Shown: positions 23,101-37,104 of the stretch, in pieces | Numbering within the stretch: the stretch's first letter is position 1 | Layout of the letters: every line of letters starts with the position of its first letter | Source of the DNA: Ruditapes philippinarum | Lineage: Eukaryota | Direction of reading: 5' to 3' | Length of the DNA stretch: 64,000 nt | NCBI RefSeq assembly: GCF_026571515.1 | Contig: NW_026853051.1 | Location: forward strand, 1-64,000 | Notes under the pieces: generated by a model | The model's database searches: none | Told to the model about the DNA's origin: nothing | What the model saw: only the letters and a program-made list of their open reading frames with translations | Made by a program: the position numbers and the translations under genes

Positions 23101-25405
23101 TAATTTCCCAGCAAATGTCCGAAATGATCAAGGGAAAGATTGCAAGGTCAGCTGTGCGATAAATCTTTCATTTTCTCCCCGTTGTGGATTTTATGTCAAT
23201 TTATTCTTGGGTCGTCGAAATACAGTGGTAAACATAATTAAGTAAGTTTACAGAGATAAGGAGATAGTTTTCAAGTATATGTACAATAATTAATAAATGA
23301 AAAAAGTCAAGGAATTGATTGTTTTTAACCAATGCGAGCTTCTTTTGACTTTTCCCTCTAATTGCCCCGGATCGATATTTACTGAAAATTACTAATTATT
23401 CTTTTCAACATATTACTTTTTGTGAATTTTCAATTAAATCTAACTGTTTTATTATAAGTTTTACATATTTTCATTTAAAAATACGTATTTTTAGTTACTG
23501 TTTAAGTAAAAAGTTATCGATATACAAGATCCTGGTTATTTTGATATTATGTCCATTATAAACTTCAAAGTAACGTTAATGTTAGATAACTTATATGTCT
23601 ATCCACATAGTATTTACATTTTTGTAAGGCTATTATTAAAAAACGTAAGTAGATTCATATCACTTCAAGACCTTTCTCAAAACAAACATGCCGATTTATG
23701 AATTTTATCAGCGTGTTCTTGTATTAAATTATTTTGTAAAAATCTCATAAATCAAAGTAAAGTTGATGATGATTGAGATATATTTATCAATATGATACAC
23801 AATACATTATAGCTGTGATAACTGTGTAATATCATTTTATAGCATGAGATTTTGTATCAAATATGATTTTTAATAGAGACATATGTATAATTTAATCGAA
23901 CATTCAATATGTATGTGTATTTCTGACAAGGAGTTATTAAAGAACAGAAACAGAACAGAACAGAACAAAACATATTAACGTTATTCTGACTTGAGCCCAA
24001 CACCCATCATAATAAATTGAGCTCGACACAAATTAAAATAACAAACACATACATGAATATTTATTACAATGCGTGTATCCAGAAATCATGTTATCATAAA
24101 CACAGTTATATTCCCATATAAAGAAAAACATACAAAACATGATACTGTATAGTTAATGCAATTAATTGAGTATGACAAAAATAGATTACTCATTAATAAT
24201 ACCATACTGATATGCAAATCTAGTACATTGTCTCGTCTTTCAAACGCTTTACTACATAATATTGCCTTTTTTCTTATAACAGATTTTCATGACTAAAATA
24301 TTGGAATAAACAGTGTAGTGTCTTGAAATATACATACATGTACTTCGAAAATCGCTTTAAAATGAACATATTAATATAAAGTGAAATTCATTGTGAAATT
24401 CATCCTCTATATCCCAACACATACATATTGTGCATTTTCTTTGACTTCTTTCAATACGTCTTCCAGATTTGTAGTTTGTGGGATTTTTGCAAGTACTAAT
24501 CCGTATTAAATATTTTCATTTTCAAATAAATTAAGACTAATTACATATGATTTGAGTATAATTGTAAGGAAGAACATAACGCTATGACTGTTGGCTATTT
24601 GGTCACATATCCCTGAGACGTGATTTGGGTACTTGTATAAAACTTTCGATATTAATAACCAAACTTCGGCAAAACAAACGTTTTGTTACATGTCGCAAAC
24701 TTTTGATAACACATTAACAACATACAAATTATTTGATAGATCATTTCTTTGGGAACTAAGAATTGTTGTTAAAATGCAGTTTTGACTCTTTTTGCCATGT
24801 CACTTTAACAAATATTTTGCTATCCTCACATATCTTTCAATATAAAGAGAAAATCTACCTCTTTCAGAATACAATGATTGATTATTTGTTGACATTTTGA
24901 TATTTAATAACTATTAAATTTTACATTTTTTTCTCAATATTTTCTGCTTTACTAAATCCCCATACTTCACAATTATAATTTAAAATAGGTCAAACATAAG
25001 CAACAAATTGAACATTTTATTTCTATAGATATATCTAACTCTTTTGTAATGTTAAGTAAGGAGTTCATTGCCCATAAGCCTTTTTCCTAAGGGTACTTGT
25101 TGCTGGTAACGAAACGCCACTAGAAAATATAAGTAAAAAAATGAAGTTTTGAACAGTTTCTATGTCAATTCCATCTTATGACCATTTGAACTCGCTACTT
25201 AATTGATCACCTATTTATAAAAAAACAACAGTTTTATTTTATTTGGTCCACTGTAATAAAAGCATTTGGGTCCTCTTGCAAAAGCATTTCGATATCATTC
25301 AAAAATATAGAAACTTGATCGGCGAGGTTATCATACTTGACAGAGACATATGTCACAACTGAAAAAGTTTGACTCACTATCTTTATGTCTGACACATAGT
25401 TTATC
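17190..25405 (+). repeat. Segmental duplication unit, copy A
   Basis: Blocks recur in the same order at 25406-30505, 30731-40550 and 40587-49760, and partly at 1-3140. There is an internal partial repeat at ~21540-22730. Confidence 0.85.
17330..17660 (+). repeat. Degenerate 44-45-bp minisatellite
   Basis: Unit tgtggtcttttcggtggttctgtagggctgtatgttattatggac; longer arrays occur in the paralogs. Confidence 0.75.
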
Positions 25406-28400
25406 ACTTTGATTTCCTGTTAGGTACTACACTGAGCGTCTTTCTGGTAATCCTGTATGATTGGACGTTATGTGTGTTATTATGGACCGTGGACTTTTCG
25501 GTGGTTCTATAGGGTTTTTGTCTGTTATCATAGACTGTAACTTTCCATTGGTCCTGTTGTTTGTTATAATGGACTTTAAACATATCGCTTTAAGGAGCTC
25601 CACCGAGACCGAAAACCTAAAAAGGAAATATGAAAATCTTACATCAAATGGGACAAATAAAACGGAAAAGTGCATTCGATATTGAGTGCAATTCCTTTGG
25701 TGTTAAAGCGAAATTTTGCAAAGTTATTGGTATATAGATCTTCATTAAATGGTTTAATACATATAAAAGATTTCTTCCAGTTATGTCAAAAAACCTCAGT
25801 GCAGTACATGTTTTATATAATTGCCTAAAATATGCGACAAAATCATATGACAAAACCATGTTTTTTTTCCAGAAATCTTATCTTGTTGAGGTTATATAAA
25901 AAGCTCATGATATCAGTATTATCAAAGCAATGCCCGACACAAACGTTCAAAACAAATAACTAACCTACTCTAAATTGTTGACAAAACAAGATTTTAGTTG
26001 ACAATACTGTTCAAACCATCAGGTGAGTCGATATGTCGATAATTATTATTGAAAAGGACAAATACACAGAATATTTACTTATAATTATCCATAGGGACAC
26101 TACTTTATTAGCATTAGTACTTGATTATCTGTGGTACACCAGTTATGGTGAGTGTGAGATATCATTAAATATACTAAATATGTTCTAACGGCTCGGGTAA
26201 TATAAAATCTTGGCGGGTAATATATCCACATATATTACTCAAAATCCAAATAATAAATTTACATAGATAAAATGTTTTCCTTCGAAATTTCCATTTCATT
26301 ACTATTTCATGTAATTTCATGTTAGGTAGGAATGCCTCGCAAAATAGACTGATTGATTTAAATTAAGAATTATTTGTATGGTTCATATCATATACAAACT
26401 ATCCTGCTATTTCAAGACATCTAATAAACCTTTTTCCCCATTTATTTCATATTTCAAAAACATATAAATACAATCATTCACATACAACATTTATAACTAA
26501 ATATAGAACATATCAGCCTAAGTTAAATCCACATTCATTAACCATAGGGCCTACATTCACTTATTACAATAAAAAAGAAAACATCGCAAACTCAAACTCA
26601 GCATATCAATAATATATCCTGAAATGTTAAGAGACTAAACAAAACTGGTATATAAGACGAGCTTCCGATATAAAATTCTTATAGTATTTCAAAAAACATA
26701 TAGCAGTAGTTCATAGTCTCGAATCTGGCATAATATCACTTTTTGCCACCTGTTGTATGGTTTCAATTGTTTTTATGCCGTAAAGAAAATCGGAAACGAA
26801 ATTTATTCAACAAAGCGTTAGAAGATAAATCGTCGTCTGCAAGTAGAAGCTGACTAAAGCCGTTCCGATACTACCAAGACTTCGTTTTTTTTTCAATTTT
26901 ATAAACCACTAAAGATAAGGAAGAATAAATGATTCTCAAACGAGGAGAACATTTTGAATTCTCCTACAGCAGGTGCTAGTGGGCGTTGATGGTAGCTTGC
27001 AATTATCACTTTCGTGACATGAGCATTTTATACTTTCTTACAAGGCAAAGATGTGCTGAAAAGTGTGTCCGTTTTTAAGACGCATTCATTATTATCTTTA
27101 AAGCAACGATCTTAACAATTTTATAAAAGGTACAAATTATAAACAGACATAGTAAATAATAACTATGCAGTTATAAAATAGCTATGATTGCTAATAATAA
27201 AGCGTTTTGTTTTGACATAATTTCGTTTATAATTTGATTAATTATACACAGTCATTGCGCGTCGGGATATTTCAGAAATATTTTTTTTATTCTGTGTACA
27301 ATACGTTCATCCAGAACATGGCAAACCCTTATGATTATTGTCATTAAGGGTTGTAACTAATTATATTGCCCTGTTTATGACTCCAGAGCTACAAATACAC
27401 AGACTGTCATTATAACGAATAGTGTAACTATCTTTGAACACGCACTCGAATTTAATGGCAGATATAAAATATTTCCTTCTGATTTACAAAGCTTCAGTTC
27501 ACGAAGATATGACAATAAAACTCATCAGGGATGAAAAGTATTCTACAAGAGTATATCCAACAAGTCTTTTTGACTGAAGATGAAGACATAAAGAAAACCA
27601 CTGCAACAAGACTAGGCATTTTTCAGTATTGACACATTTCATACCATTAGTTTTATCTTAATGATTCTTGCAAAAGAGATAATATTATAAATTTCGTTAA
27701 TTTCTGTAGAATTCAGTTATACATGTAGATTTAAAATAAATCATTTCAGTTTTAATTATTTAAAGGGTAAATGATTTATTTTGAATAATTAGCAGTTTGA
27801 ACTTATGGACAATATGACAGCTCTTATAGAATAATTGATTGTGATTGATGGACATGAGTCATAATAATTTATGCGTTGGCCTTGAGATAGTACTCCCATC
27901 AAAATGAGTTTTTTCTCTAGTACTGGGGACAATCATGTTTTACAAGACTGAAGAACAACAAATAAAAATGTGTCTTAGATACGATTATTGATAAAATACT
28001 CTTTCCATAATTATATTTCCTAATGTTCTGTGTTTTTGATTGATTTACTACATTAGTCACAGATGTAACTTTATAAGTATACTGACAATAACAGACTGGG
28101 TCAATATTGACATTTTTCTCAGACAATATATTTTCTACAGAAATCAATAATGTCAAAAGTATATGCTATCATATCAATATACTGTACATTATATGTCATA
28201 TTAAATTTGATATTATATCTTAACTAATAATGTAACGCTATCATGATGTTATTGAATTCTCGTATAATTTGCATAATTTTAACGAGTGTTTCTGCTGAAG
28301 CATTCATTTTATTTAATCACCTCATTTAGGAGTAGAGGCATACTACATCAATGGTCTAAAATTAAACTCATTGTGTAAAAGCAGGTGTCGGTGTACATCG

Positions 28401-28877
28401 AATCTACTAGAATAGTAAGAAGTGTCGATTGTTTATTTCCCAGCAAATGTCCGGAGTGATCAAGGGAAAGATTGCAAGGTCAGCTGTAAGATAAATCTTT
28501 CATTTTCTCCCCGTTGTGGATTTTATGTTCTAGTATGTCCATTTATTCTAAGGTCGAGATACAGTGATAAGCATAACTTAGTTTACAGATATAAGGAAAT
28601 AGTTTTCAAGTATGGTTTCCACAGAAATTCCTTTCAAAGTCAATATGATAACAGCAATGTCGAACCGTTGGCGCCGTATGACACTGGTACCACCACTACA
28701 TTTGGTCAATGACGCTTTGATAACGCTGATTTACTGAGCAAAAAACGTCCCATTTTGACCCAAATGGCGACGTGGCTTTTTGTTTATTTGGTCGTAGGTT
28801 ATACAAGTTTATTACACGTTTATTTTTACCATTTTGACATTTGGACATTCATAAACATTTTTAAGATCGCCAAGACA

Positions 28878-29006
28878 NNNNNNNNNNNNNNNNNNNNNNN
28901 NNNNNNNNNNNNNNNNNNNNNNNNNNNNNNNNNNNNNNNNNNNNNNNNNNNNNNNNNNNNNNNNNNNNNNNNNNNNNNNNNNNNNNNNNNNNNNNNNNNN
29001 NNNNNN
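28878..29006. other. Assembly gap (129 N)
   Basis: Run of N. The paralog at ~397-447 has only ~50 bp between the same flanks. Confidence 0.99.
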
Positions 29007-29370
29007 CAATATAATATGCAAAAAATAGAAATGAAATGTTCAATATATTTTTTACTATTTAAACAAATACACAGCTATTAGTAAACATCGTCTAACCATT
29101 AACTTGGGTATTGCTATGAATAAGATATTTAAGTAATTTTTATGTTGCATTTTATGAAGGTTTAGACACCTACCGAATATTCATAGAAAAATCAATGCGC
29201 ATTTTTTTGTGTGTGTTTAAATGGTAAGGAAGTAAATTATGGTGATAGAAATTGATAATTGTTTATTATGATTAATGCAATCTGACATTGAATACCGGTT
29301 AATCATTACTTATGGGGCAACCGCCTATTAATAATAGAAACAAATACAAATACATAAACATTTGGTCCAA

Positions 29371-30316
29371 AATATGATAAACAAGATCAACAAGGAAAGA
29401 TGGCGTTCAATGAACGCAACCCCCATATGACCCAGCAACAAGAACCAGTGGCAAGGAGCCCAGGCGGACCCCAAACAAAAACAGGACAGGGCACAAGTCA
29501 GCACGGACAGGTTAATCACTAAATGATAAATAATTTGTAACTGATTAGGAATTAAAAGAAAACAATTAAATGATTGAATAACAGGCCCACAAAGTCAAAG
29601 GGCACAGGGAAGGGCGCAGGAGACCGGGGGAAGGGGTAATCAAAAGAAATAAAAACTAGGGGTAAAGGGGGAAGATACTTACCGTAGACGAGAAAACAAC
29701 AAGGGACATAAGCAAAAGTGTCACCAAAACAGTATAAAACAACATAGACATACATCTAAGGAACACAGAGGGGCGCCGCCTTGGAACGGTCAGCAGCATG
29801 ATAATGACTGCTGGGGAGTTTAAACCGGTTAATGGTGCACCAAACCTCGCTCTTAGCCCCACCATGTTCCTATAAACGAGACAGTGTAAATTAATTGAAT
29901 CCCCGCCAAGTGAAATTCTAACAGTTGTTATGGTTACAAAAGGTTAAATAAGTAAAACACCAAAATGATCATGTAGAAACATATAAAAGTAAACCCAATG
30001 ACCATAACAAAAGTACTCAATGTCCTAAAGGAAGACAGAGCAACAAAACAAATCACCTACAAGGGCCCGACGAAGCAAGGCAGAAGACGAACATTAAGAC
30101 AATTCAGTCCAAAAGGGCTTTAAGAACTATCCATTATAGAGTCTCCCACTGGGTCCGTCAGATGTATCAAAAGAGGAAAGCGTAGTGTCCAACTGTAAAG
30201 GGATTAAACACTAAACATGCAGTATGTCTTAAAATAGTAGGGTCATATCCTCTTTTAATAAAACGTTTAATGATTTTAGTAAAAACAGCAGAAAAATTAC
30301 CATGACCCAAAATCTT
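29371..30316 (-). mobile_element. 5'-truncated Penelope-like retroelement (probably Naiad clade): RT C-terminus plus 3' region
   Basis: Absent from the paralogous site ggtccaatacaag at 2941-2953. Minus strand 30316-30167 encodes KILGHGNFSAVFTKIIKRFIKRGYDPTILRHTACLVFNPFTVGHYAFLF*, resembling the GY..IxR..ACLVxNP C-terminus of mollusc PLEs. Confidence 0.75.
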
Positions 30317-31449
30317 AATACAAGAATTTGGGTCTTCTTAAAATATTTCAATATCATTAAAAATATAGAAACTTGATCGGCGATGTTATCTCACATTGAA
30401 AGAGGCATATGTCATAGCTGAAAAACCTTCTGACAAACTATTTAAAATGTTTGTTACATAGTTTAACATCTTCATACGGTGCTTCCATCACAGTCTGAGA
30501 CTGCAAATATTTTCACTAAAGATTATACTAGTATTGGAAGACAAGCTTTTAAAATGATCATAAAATTCTTCAACGGTTATATTTTCACCACTTGGATTTG
30601 AAGATTTCTTTTTAAATGTTTTCCAAAACTCCCATGGATTACTTCTTCTCAAATTTTGTAGGATATTTCTATTACTTTCTTTTTTTCTAGATTATAGTTA
30701 TAAAATGCCTCTAAATAACTTCTTATTAAACCACTTTTTCAAATTTAAGTCATTATGCAGAAAATAACTAAATAACATGCAACTGAGCTTGTTGAATTCA
30801 TCATTTAAAAAATTCAGTGAAAGTCTTAGTGTGTCGGTACTATCTCTGTTGTTATTTTGTTCTTGTAAAATAATTTCTAGGTTTTGTATATCATATGACA
30901 CGGATGTTTCTATTTTATACTGATCGTGTACTTATGCTAACAAATGTGGTAACTGGATTTGTCTCAACCATGACACTATTCAGATAGGAGTATACGAGTA
31001 TATAGATTGATAAATGTATAAAGAAAAGACATGCAATATATGTATTTGTATAGGTCAACAGAAACCAATACTATGGAGACATGTAATTAGGATATATTAT
31101 TTCAAGGGATGTGTTCACTCATGCCTAAGTGCATGTATCGGTTTGTATGTGTGATGGTAACCTTTTACAGAAAACTGTTGTTTAATTGGTATACTTGTAT
31201 GACTTAAACGAATGACAATCACCATGTTTTTATAATGCTATCTATTTTAACGTAAACGATTACCACAAAATAAAGCAAAACAAATCGTGACTATGTACAT
31301 TGGTCACTAATGTTAAAAAAGTAAAAATTACAAATTTCTGCATTTAACATATACATTTGTCTTTTTTAAATTTGTATCTATTTGTTAATTAACTTCTCTC
31401 CGTTCTTTTATCCCTCATGATTAATCTTTCCGGTTTGGTATTCTACTGA

Positions 31450-32085
31450 GTGATTTTCTAGTGGTCCTGTAGGAATAGAGGTTATAATGAACTGTTGTCT
31501 CTATGGTGATTATGCCTGGATGTTTTCATTTTGAACTTTGATTTCGTGTTCGGTACTACATTGAGCGTCTTTTCGGTGATCCTGTATACTTGAACGCTAT
31601 TATTAACTGTGGTCTTTTCGGTTCTTCCGTAGGGCTATATATTATTATGGACTGTGGTCTTTTCGGCGGTTCTGTGAGCTGTATGTTATTATGTAATGTG
31701 GCTTTTCGGTTATTCTGTAGGGCTGTATGTTATTGTTAACTGTGGCTTTTCGGTGGTTCTGTAAGGCTGTACGTTATTATAGACTGTGGCTTTCCGGTGG
31801 TTCTAAAGGGCTGTATGTTATTATGGACGGTGCATTTTCGGTGGTTCTGTAGGGCTGTATGTTATCGTGGACTGTGGTCTTTTCGGTGGATCTGTAGGGC
31901 TGTATGTAATTTTGGACTGTGGTCTTTTCGGTTGATCTGTAGGATTGTTTGTCATTATGGATTGTATTATTTTTATGTTTCTGCAGGACTGTATGTTATT
32001 ATGAAATGTGATCTTTTCGGTTGTCCTGTATGGCCGTATGCTACCGTGGATTGTGATCTTTCGGATTGCACTGTAGGGCTAGATG
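31450..32085 (+). repeat. 44-45-bp minisatellite, ~14 copies
   Basis: Direct read; explains the Cys-rich spurious ORFs here. Confidence 0.85.
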
Positions 32086-35000
32086 TAATTACAATGGATA
32101 GAGCATTCAGTTCTTTTTCCTTTGCTAATTCTTGCTCATTGCTCGTGTTCATTATCTGTTTCTGCTATTTTGTATGTTATTATACAGCCTATTAATGAAA
32201 AGGACCTTTTGTCGTGATAAGCTTATTAGAAATTACATAGGTTCATTAAATCAATTAAATCTTCTGTCGGAATGCATTAGATACACTATAAGAAATTTAT
32301 CAGCAAGTTATTGTTTGAGCAGTAATATGACATTACACATATCAATAATAGCCGTTGTTCTGTTTGTAAGAATTTGCTGGAGAATAAAATTATATGCTTT
32401 TTCACAGCTTAAGTGTAAACAAGTAAAATATCGCTTTAAGGAGCTCCACTGTAAAACGGAACAAGTGCATTCGATATTAAGTGCAATTCTTATGATGCTA
32501 AAGCGATTATCATTTTAGGTTATTTTTAACTATAAAAATGATACCTCGATAATTGTAGTGATCGAATGATCTGAAATTTTACATAGCTATCCGTATAGAT
32601 CTTCACTAAATGGTATGATACATGTATAAAAGATTTCTGTCCAGTCGTGTCAAAAAATTCAGTGGAGTACATTTTATATATAATTGCCTTAAATATGTGA
32701 CAAAATCAAATATAAAGAATAAAGACAGAACCATGTTTTTTCCAGATATCTTATCTTGTTGAGGTTATATAAAAAGCTCCTGATATCAGTCTAATCAAAG
32801 CAATATCCGACACAGACGTTCAAAACAAATAACTTATCTACTCTAGATTGTTGACAAAACAAGATATTAGTTGACAATACTGTTCAAAACATCAGGTGAG
32901 TCGATATGCCGATAATTATGATTGAAAAGGACAAATACACAGAATATTTACTTATGATTATCCATACAGGCACAACTTTTAATAATTAGTACTTGACTAT
33001 CTGTGGAACACCAGTTGTGGTGAGTGAGAGATACCATTTAATTTATTAACGGGTATTCTTACTACAAAGTAGATTTCCAGCGACAATGTTGGAAAGCAGA
33101 CGGAACTTTAAATATTGCTGAGATATCTTTCGTTGAATGATATGGGTCTAAGATGTCGCAATTTCTTTATAAATTTACAAAACCATATGTAGCAGATACG
33201 TATGAATGTAGAACCAAGATTAGCATTTCTAAGCTATTAAAACAATAGAACCAAAGATCATCATTCACATATCTTTGCATAGCAGATATAGCACCGTCTG
33301 GAACTACGTAACACTTCTAATACAAATAGTTATATTTCCCCAGGAGATAACGTTACTGTTTTATAAATAATCATTTGTGCAAGAAATAACAGAACACAAT
33401 GTGGTTTGAATAAGGCCGTGACTTTATTGTGAATTTTGGTTAGAACAAATATCATCGTCAAAAAATATGAAGTGAAACAAAAATTGTAATGAGAAAAATA
33501 TGAAAGACAGCTCCCAGCTAAATGCATGGATAGCTACATAGTAACGCAAAGTGCTGTAAACTATGATAATAAGCTCTGAAAATGCTTAACTCTGCTTGGG
33601 CTTGCCGCTACAAGGTCAACCATTAAGAATGTAAAGCAGCGTGACATTGTACAAGAGTAAAACATTAACAAAGCTAAAGAGAAATCGGGGCAAAGTACTC
33701 CCATTAAATCTCTTAACAATGAGATATTCGCAATGAAAATAATTTTAACTTGGAGAAGTTACAGTAATAATATATTAAGTCACGACTGGATTTTACACAC
33801 TAATGTATCAATTTTACAAACGTATTGGCATTATGACAGATATATTCCAGTTTTCATATATGATCAATAAAGTTAGGTACGAGAAAACAGTAAAATAAAA
33901 AAAAAACATTTTTGATTTTCTATACCATGAAACTTGCAAATTGTAGTCGAATCGCCCCAAAAAACCCCAAATAAACCCCTGTGGGAAAAATGGAAACCTC
34001 TACCCGTTTGTCAGTTCACACCACAAAAATGTCGGGTGCATCCTTGCTAATTCATCTAAGCATTAAAGTATTTGAAAAAGGTACCATTTTAATCATTTAC
34101 CTCAAATAATAATTGTTAATACTGATAATTATTCTAATGAATTAATTTAAAGTAATGTATAATGACTGTGTTGAATATGCAACAATTACTGGACGTCAAA
34201 TTCAAGCACACGTCGATGGAACGGCATGGCATGGTTGAACGGGGGAAGTAATGAAAAACCGGCTGGATTCAAGCTGAACAATATAAACACTCGGCAGCAG
34301 AACATGTTTATGTAAAATTGAAATGCAAATAACACATGTGAAGGGAGAGTGGGATTTTAATAAGCGATGTTACCACGTCAAATTTTAAACTTTAAATGCG
34401 CAGCCTTTACAATGTATGCACGAAAAACGTGTGCCTGGTAAACTTACGAAAACCAGTTTTATCGGAGAGAATGTTTTACTGTTTCACATGGATGAGCTTT
34501 GAGGCAAATATACATATGCACCCGTCAAAAATTATATGCACCCGTCAAAAATTAAAAGGAATTTATGATTTATTTCTCGAAAGAAGATAAATCTACTTAA
34601 TATATATCTATTTATTTAGTAAAACGAGATGCACTTTCAATAATAAAACCTAAAAGTTATAAGGCTATATAACATACATACATTTAAAACACTTTCCTGA
34701 GCAAATTCCTACTTACAAAGGGTGTCTTTTATTCATCACACATAGATAAAATGTTCTCTTACAAAATTTCCATTTCATTACTACATGTATTTCATGTAAT
34801 TTCATGGAAGGTAGCAATGCCTCGCTAAATGTACCGCTTGATTTAACATAATTCTTTCAATTAAGATTTGTTTTTGTATCGGATACAAACCATTCTGCTG
34901 CTAATTAAAGACATCTAAATATAGTTCTATAACCTTACCTTATTTACTTCTTCAATAATTGTTTATATTTACCTCTATCTGATAAATACATACACCGTTG

Positions 35001-35288
35001 ACGTCACTTCCGCAAATCAATAATATATCCTGAATTGTTAAGAGACTAAACAAAATTGGTATATTAGACGAGCTTTTGATGTGAAATTCGTATAGTATTT
35101 CAAAACAACATATTGCATTGTAGTTTATAGTCTCGAATCTGGCATACTATCATTTTTTTGCCAGCTGTTGTAATTCTTTATAGTTTCAAATGTTTTCTTT
35201 GCCGTAAAGAGAAATCTAAAACGAAATTTATTCAACAAAGCGTTACAGGATAAATCGTCGTCTGCAAATAGAATGTGACTAAAACCAT

Positions 35289-35813
35289 TCTGAGACTGCC
35301 ATGACTTCATTTTTTTCTTTCAATAAATCACTTAAGATAAAGAAGACTGAGTGATTCTCAAACGAAGAGAACGAGAATATTTTATCCTGTTGAATTCTGC
35401 TTAAGCGGGTGCTAGTGGGCGTTGATGGTAGCTTGCAATTATCACTATCGTGACATGAGCGTTATATACTCTTTTACAAGGCAAAGCTGTGCTGAAAAGT
35501 GCACTGTGTCCGCTTTTAAGACGCATGCATTATTATCTTCAAAGCAACGATCTGAGACTACCATGACTTCATTTTTTTCATTCAATAAATCACTTAAGAT
35601 AAAGAAGACTGAGTGATTCTCAAACGAAGAGAACGAGAATATTTTATCATGTTGAATTCTGCTTAAGCGGGTGCTAGTGGGCGTTGATGGTAGCTTGCAA
35701 TTATCACTATCGTGATATGAGCGTTATATACTCTTTTACAAGGCAAAGCTGTGCTGAAAAGTGCACTGTGTCCGCTTTTAAGACGCATGCATTATTATCT
35801 TCAAAGCAACGAT
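35289..35813 (+). repeat. 262-bp tandem duplication
   Basis: tctgagact...aaagcaacga starts at 35289 and again at 35551. The paralog at ~45286-45552 has a single copy. Confidence 0.9.
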
Positions 35814-36482
35814 CTTAACAATTTTAAAAGGTACAATTATAAACAGTCATTATGAATAATAACTATGCAATTATGAAATAGGTATGATTGCTTATAAAAT
35901 AGGGTTTTTTGTTATGACATAATTACGTTTATAATTTGATTAATTATACACAGTCATTGGGCGTCTTTATATTTTAGGAATAATATTTTTTTTTATTCTG
36001 TGTACAATAAGTTCATCCAGAACATGGCAAACCCTTATGTTTATTGTAATAAAGGGTTGTAACTAATTATATTGCCCTGTTTATGACTCCAGAGCTACAA
36101 ATACACAGACTGTCATTATAACAAATGGTGTAACTATCTTTGAACACGCACACGAATTTAATGGCAGATATAAAATATTTCCTTCTGATTTACAAAGCTT
36201 CAGTTCACGAAGATATGACAATAATATTAATCAAAGATGGAAGCAGGGCAGGTTTTATCCAACAAGTCTCTATGATTGCAGATAAAGACATAGAGAAAAA
36301 CAAAGCAACAAAACGAGACAGATTTCAGTATGAACACATCCATACCATTAGTTTAATCAAAAGAGATCAGATTATTTTATAATCATTTTTTTTATTATTA
36401 TATTATTTATAAGTTTTTGTAGAATTAAGTTTTAGATTTGAAATAAATCTTTCCAGTTTTATTTCCAGTTTTATTTATTTAA

Positions 36483-37104
36483 CCTTTTACCCCATGAGCA
36501 TATTGCGAAAAATGGCCGTTTTCATTGAAAAGCCTCCTGTAACAAGTTCAAACTTCTATGAAACTATGAAAAATGCTTTAATACTGATGAAACTTGGCAC
36601 AAATGTTGACTACACCATAGCCTCTGTAACAGCATGCTCAATCGTAAATTTCCTGTTACCATGGCAACGGGGGAACGTCTCAAAATTGCCAAAAATCACT
36701 ATTTTGCAATGTTCTTTTCCATCAAAACTGATTTCAAAGTGCTGCAACTTCTCAATGAATTGAGATAGAGTAAAAGGCTTTTCAGCGCGTCGGTTACTAG
36801 TTACCCTAAGATCCACCTGAGGCCATTTTTAGCCTGTCACATGTCCAAAATTTTCTTGGCGATGAGGGGGACTCCGCCCCACTTCAAACCCCCCAAACAG
36901 AAGGGGGCACATCCCCCTTCTGGCAACCCCCTGATGTAACATTTGGATGGGAGACGGCGCCGAAAAAGTGGTCACTTTTTTTAACAACATTTCTCAAACG
37001 AAAACCAGTGTTTTGGGCCTAAATAGGGCATTTTTTCACCGTTTGAGGCCTCAAAAAGATGGGGGGCAAAAAGCCGTCGAAACACGCTTATATAAGGGAA
37101 AAGG
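36483..37104. mobile_element. Solo piggyBac-type MITE, diverged subfamily, inverted relative to the trimer
   Basis: TTAA on both sides (36479-36482, 37105-37108) and TIRs CCTTTTACCCCAT/ATAAGGGAAAAGG. The interior is the reverse complement homolog of 670-1292. The empty TTAA lies at 46172-46175. Confidence 0.9.

Larger units (their letters stand above)
25406..30505 (+). repeat. Segmental duplication unit, copy B (more deleted)
   Basis: Homologous to 17415-21500, then to 145-669/2800-3140. Confidence 0.85.

Noticed and set aside
30140-30166. Hammerhead ribozyme after the PLE ORF (ctgacggacccagtgggagac)
   Set aside because: It lacks the CUGANGA and GAAA cores and has no convincing stems I and III.
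31797-32518. Cys-rich 128-157 aa ORFs here and at 41461-42226
   Set aside because: They arise from the 44-45-bp minisatellite and adjacent duplicated DNA, and the frames differ between paralogs.
33040-33900. Possible coding remnant in copies C and D
   Set aside because: Multiple stops in the frames examined and no recognisable motif.
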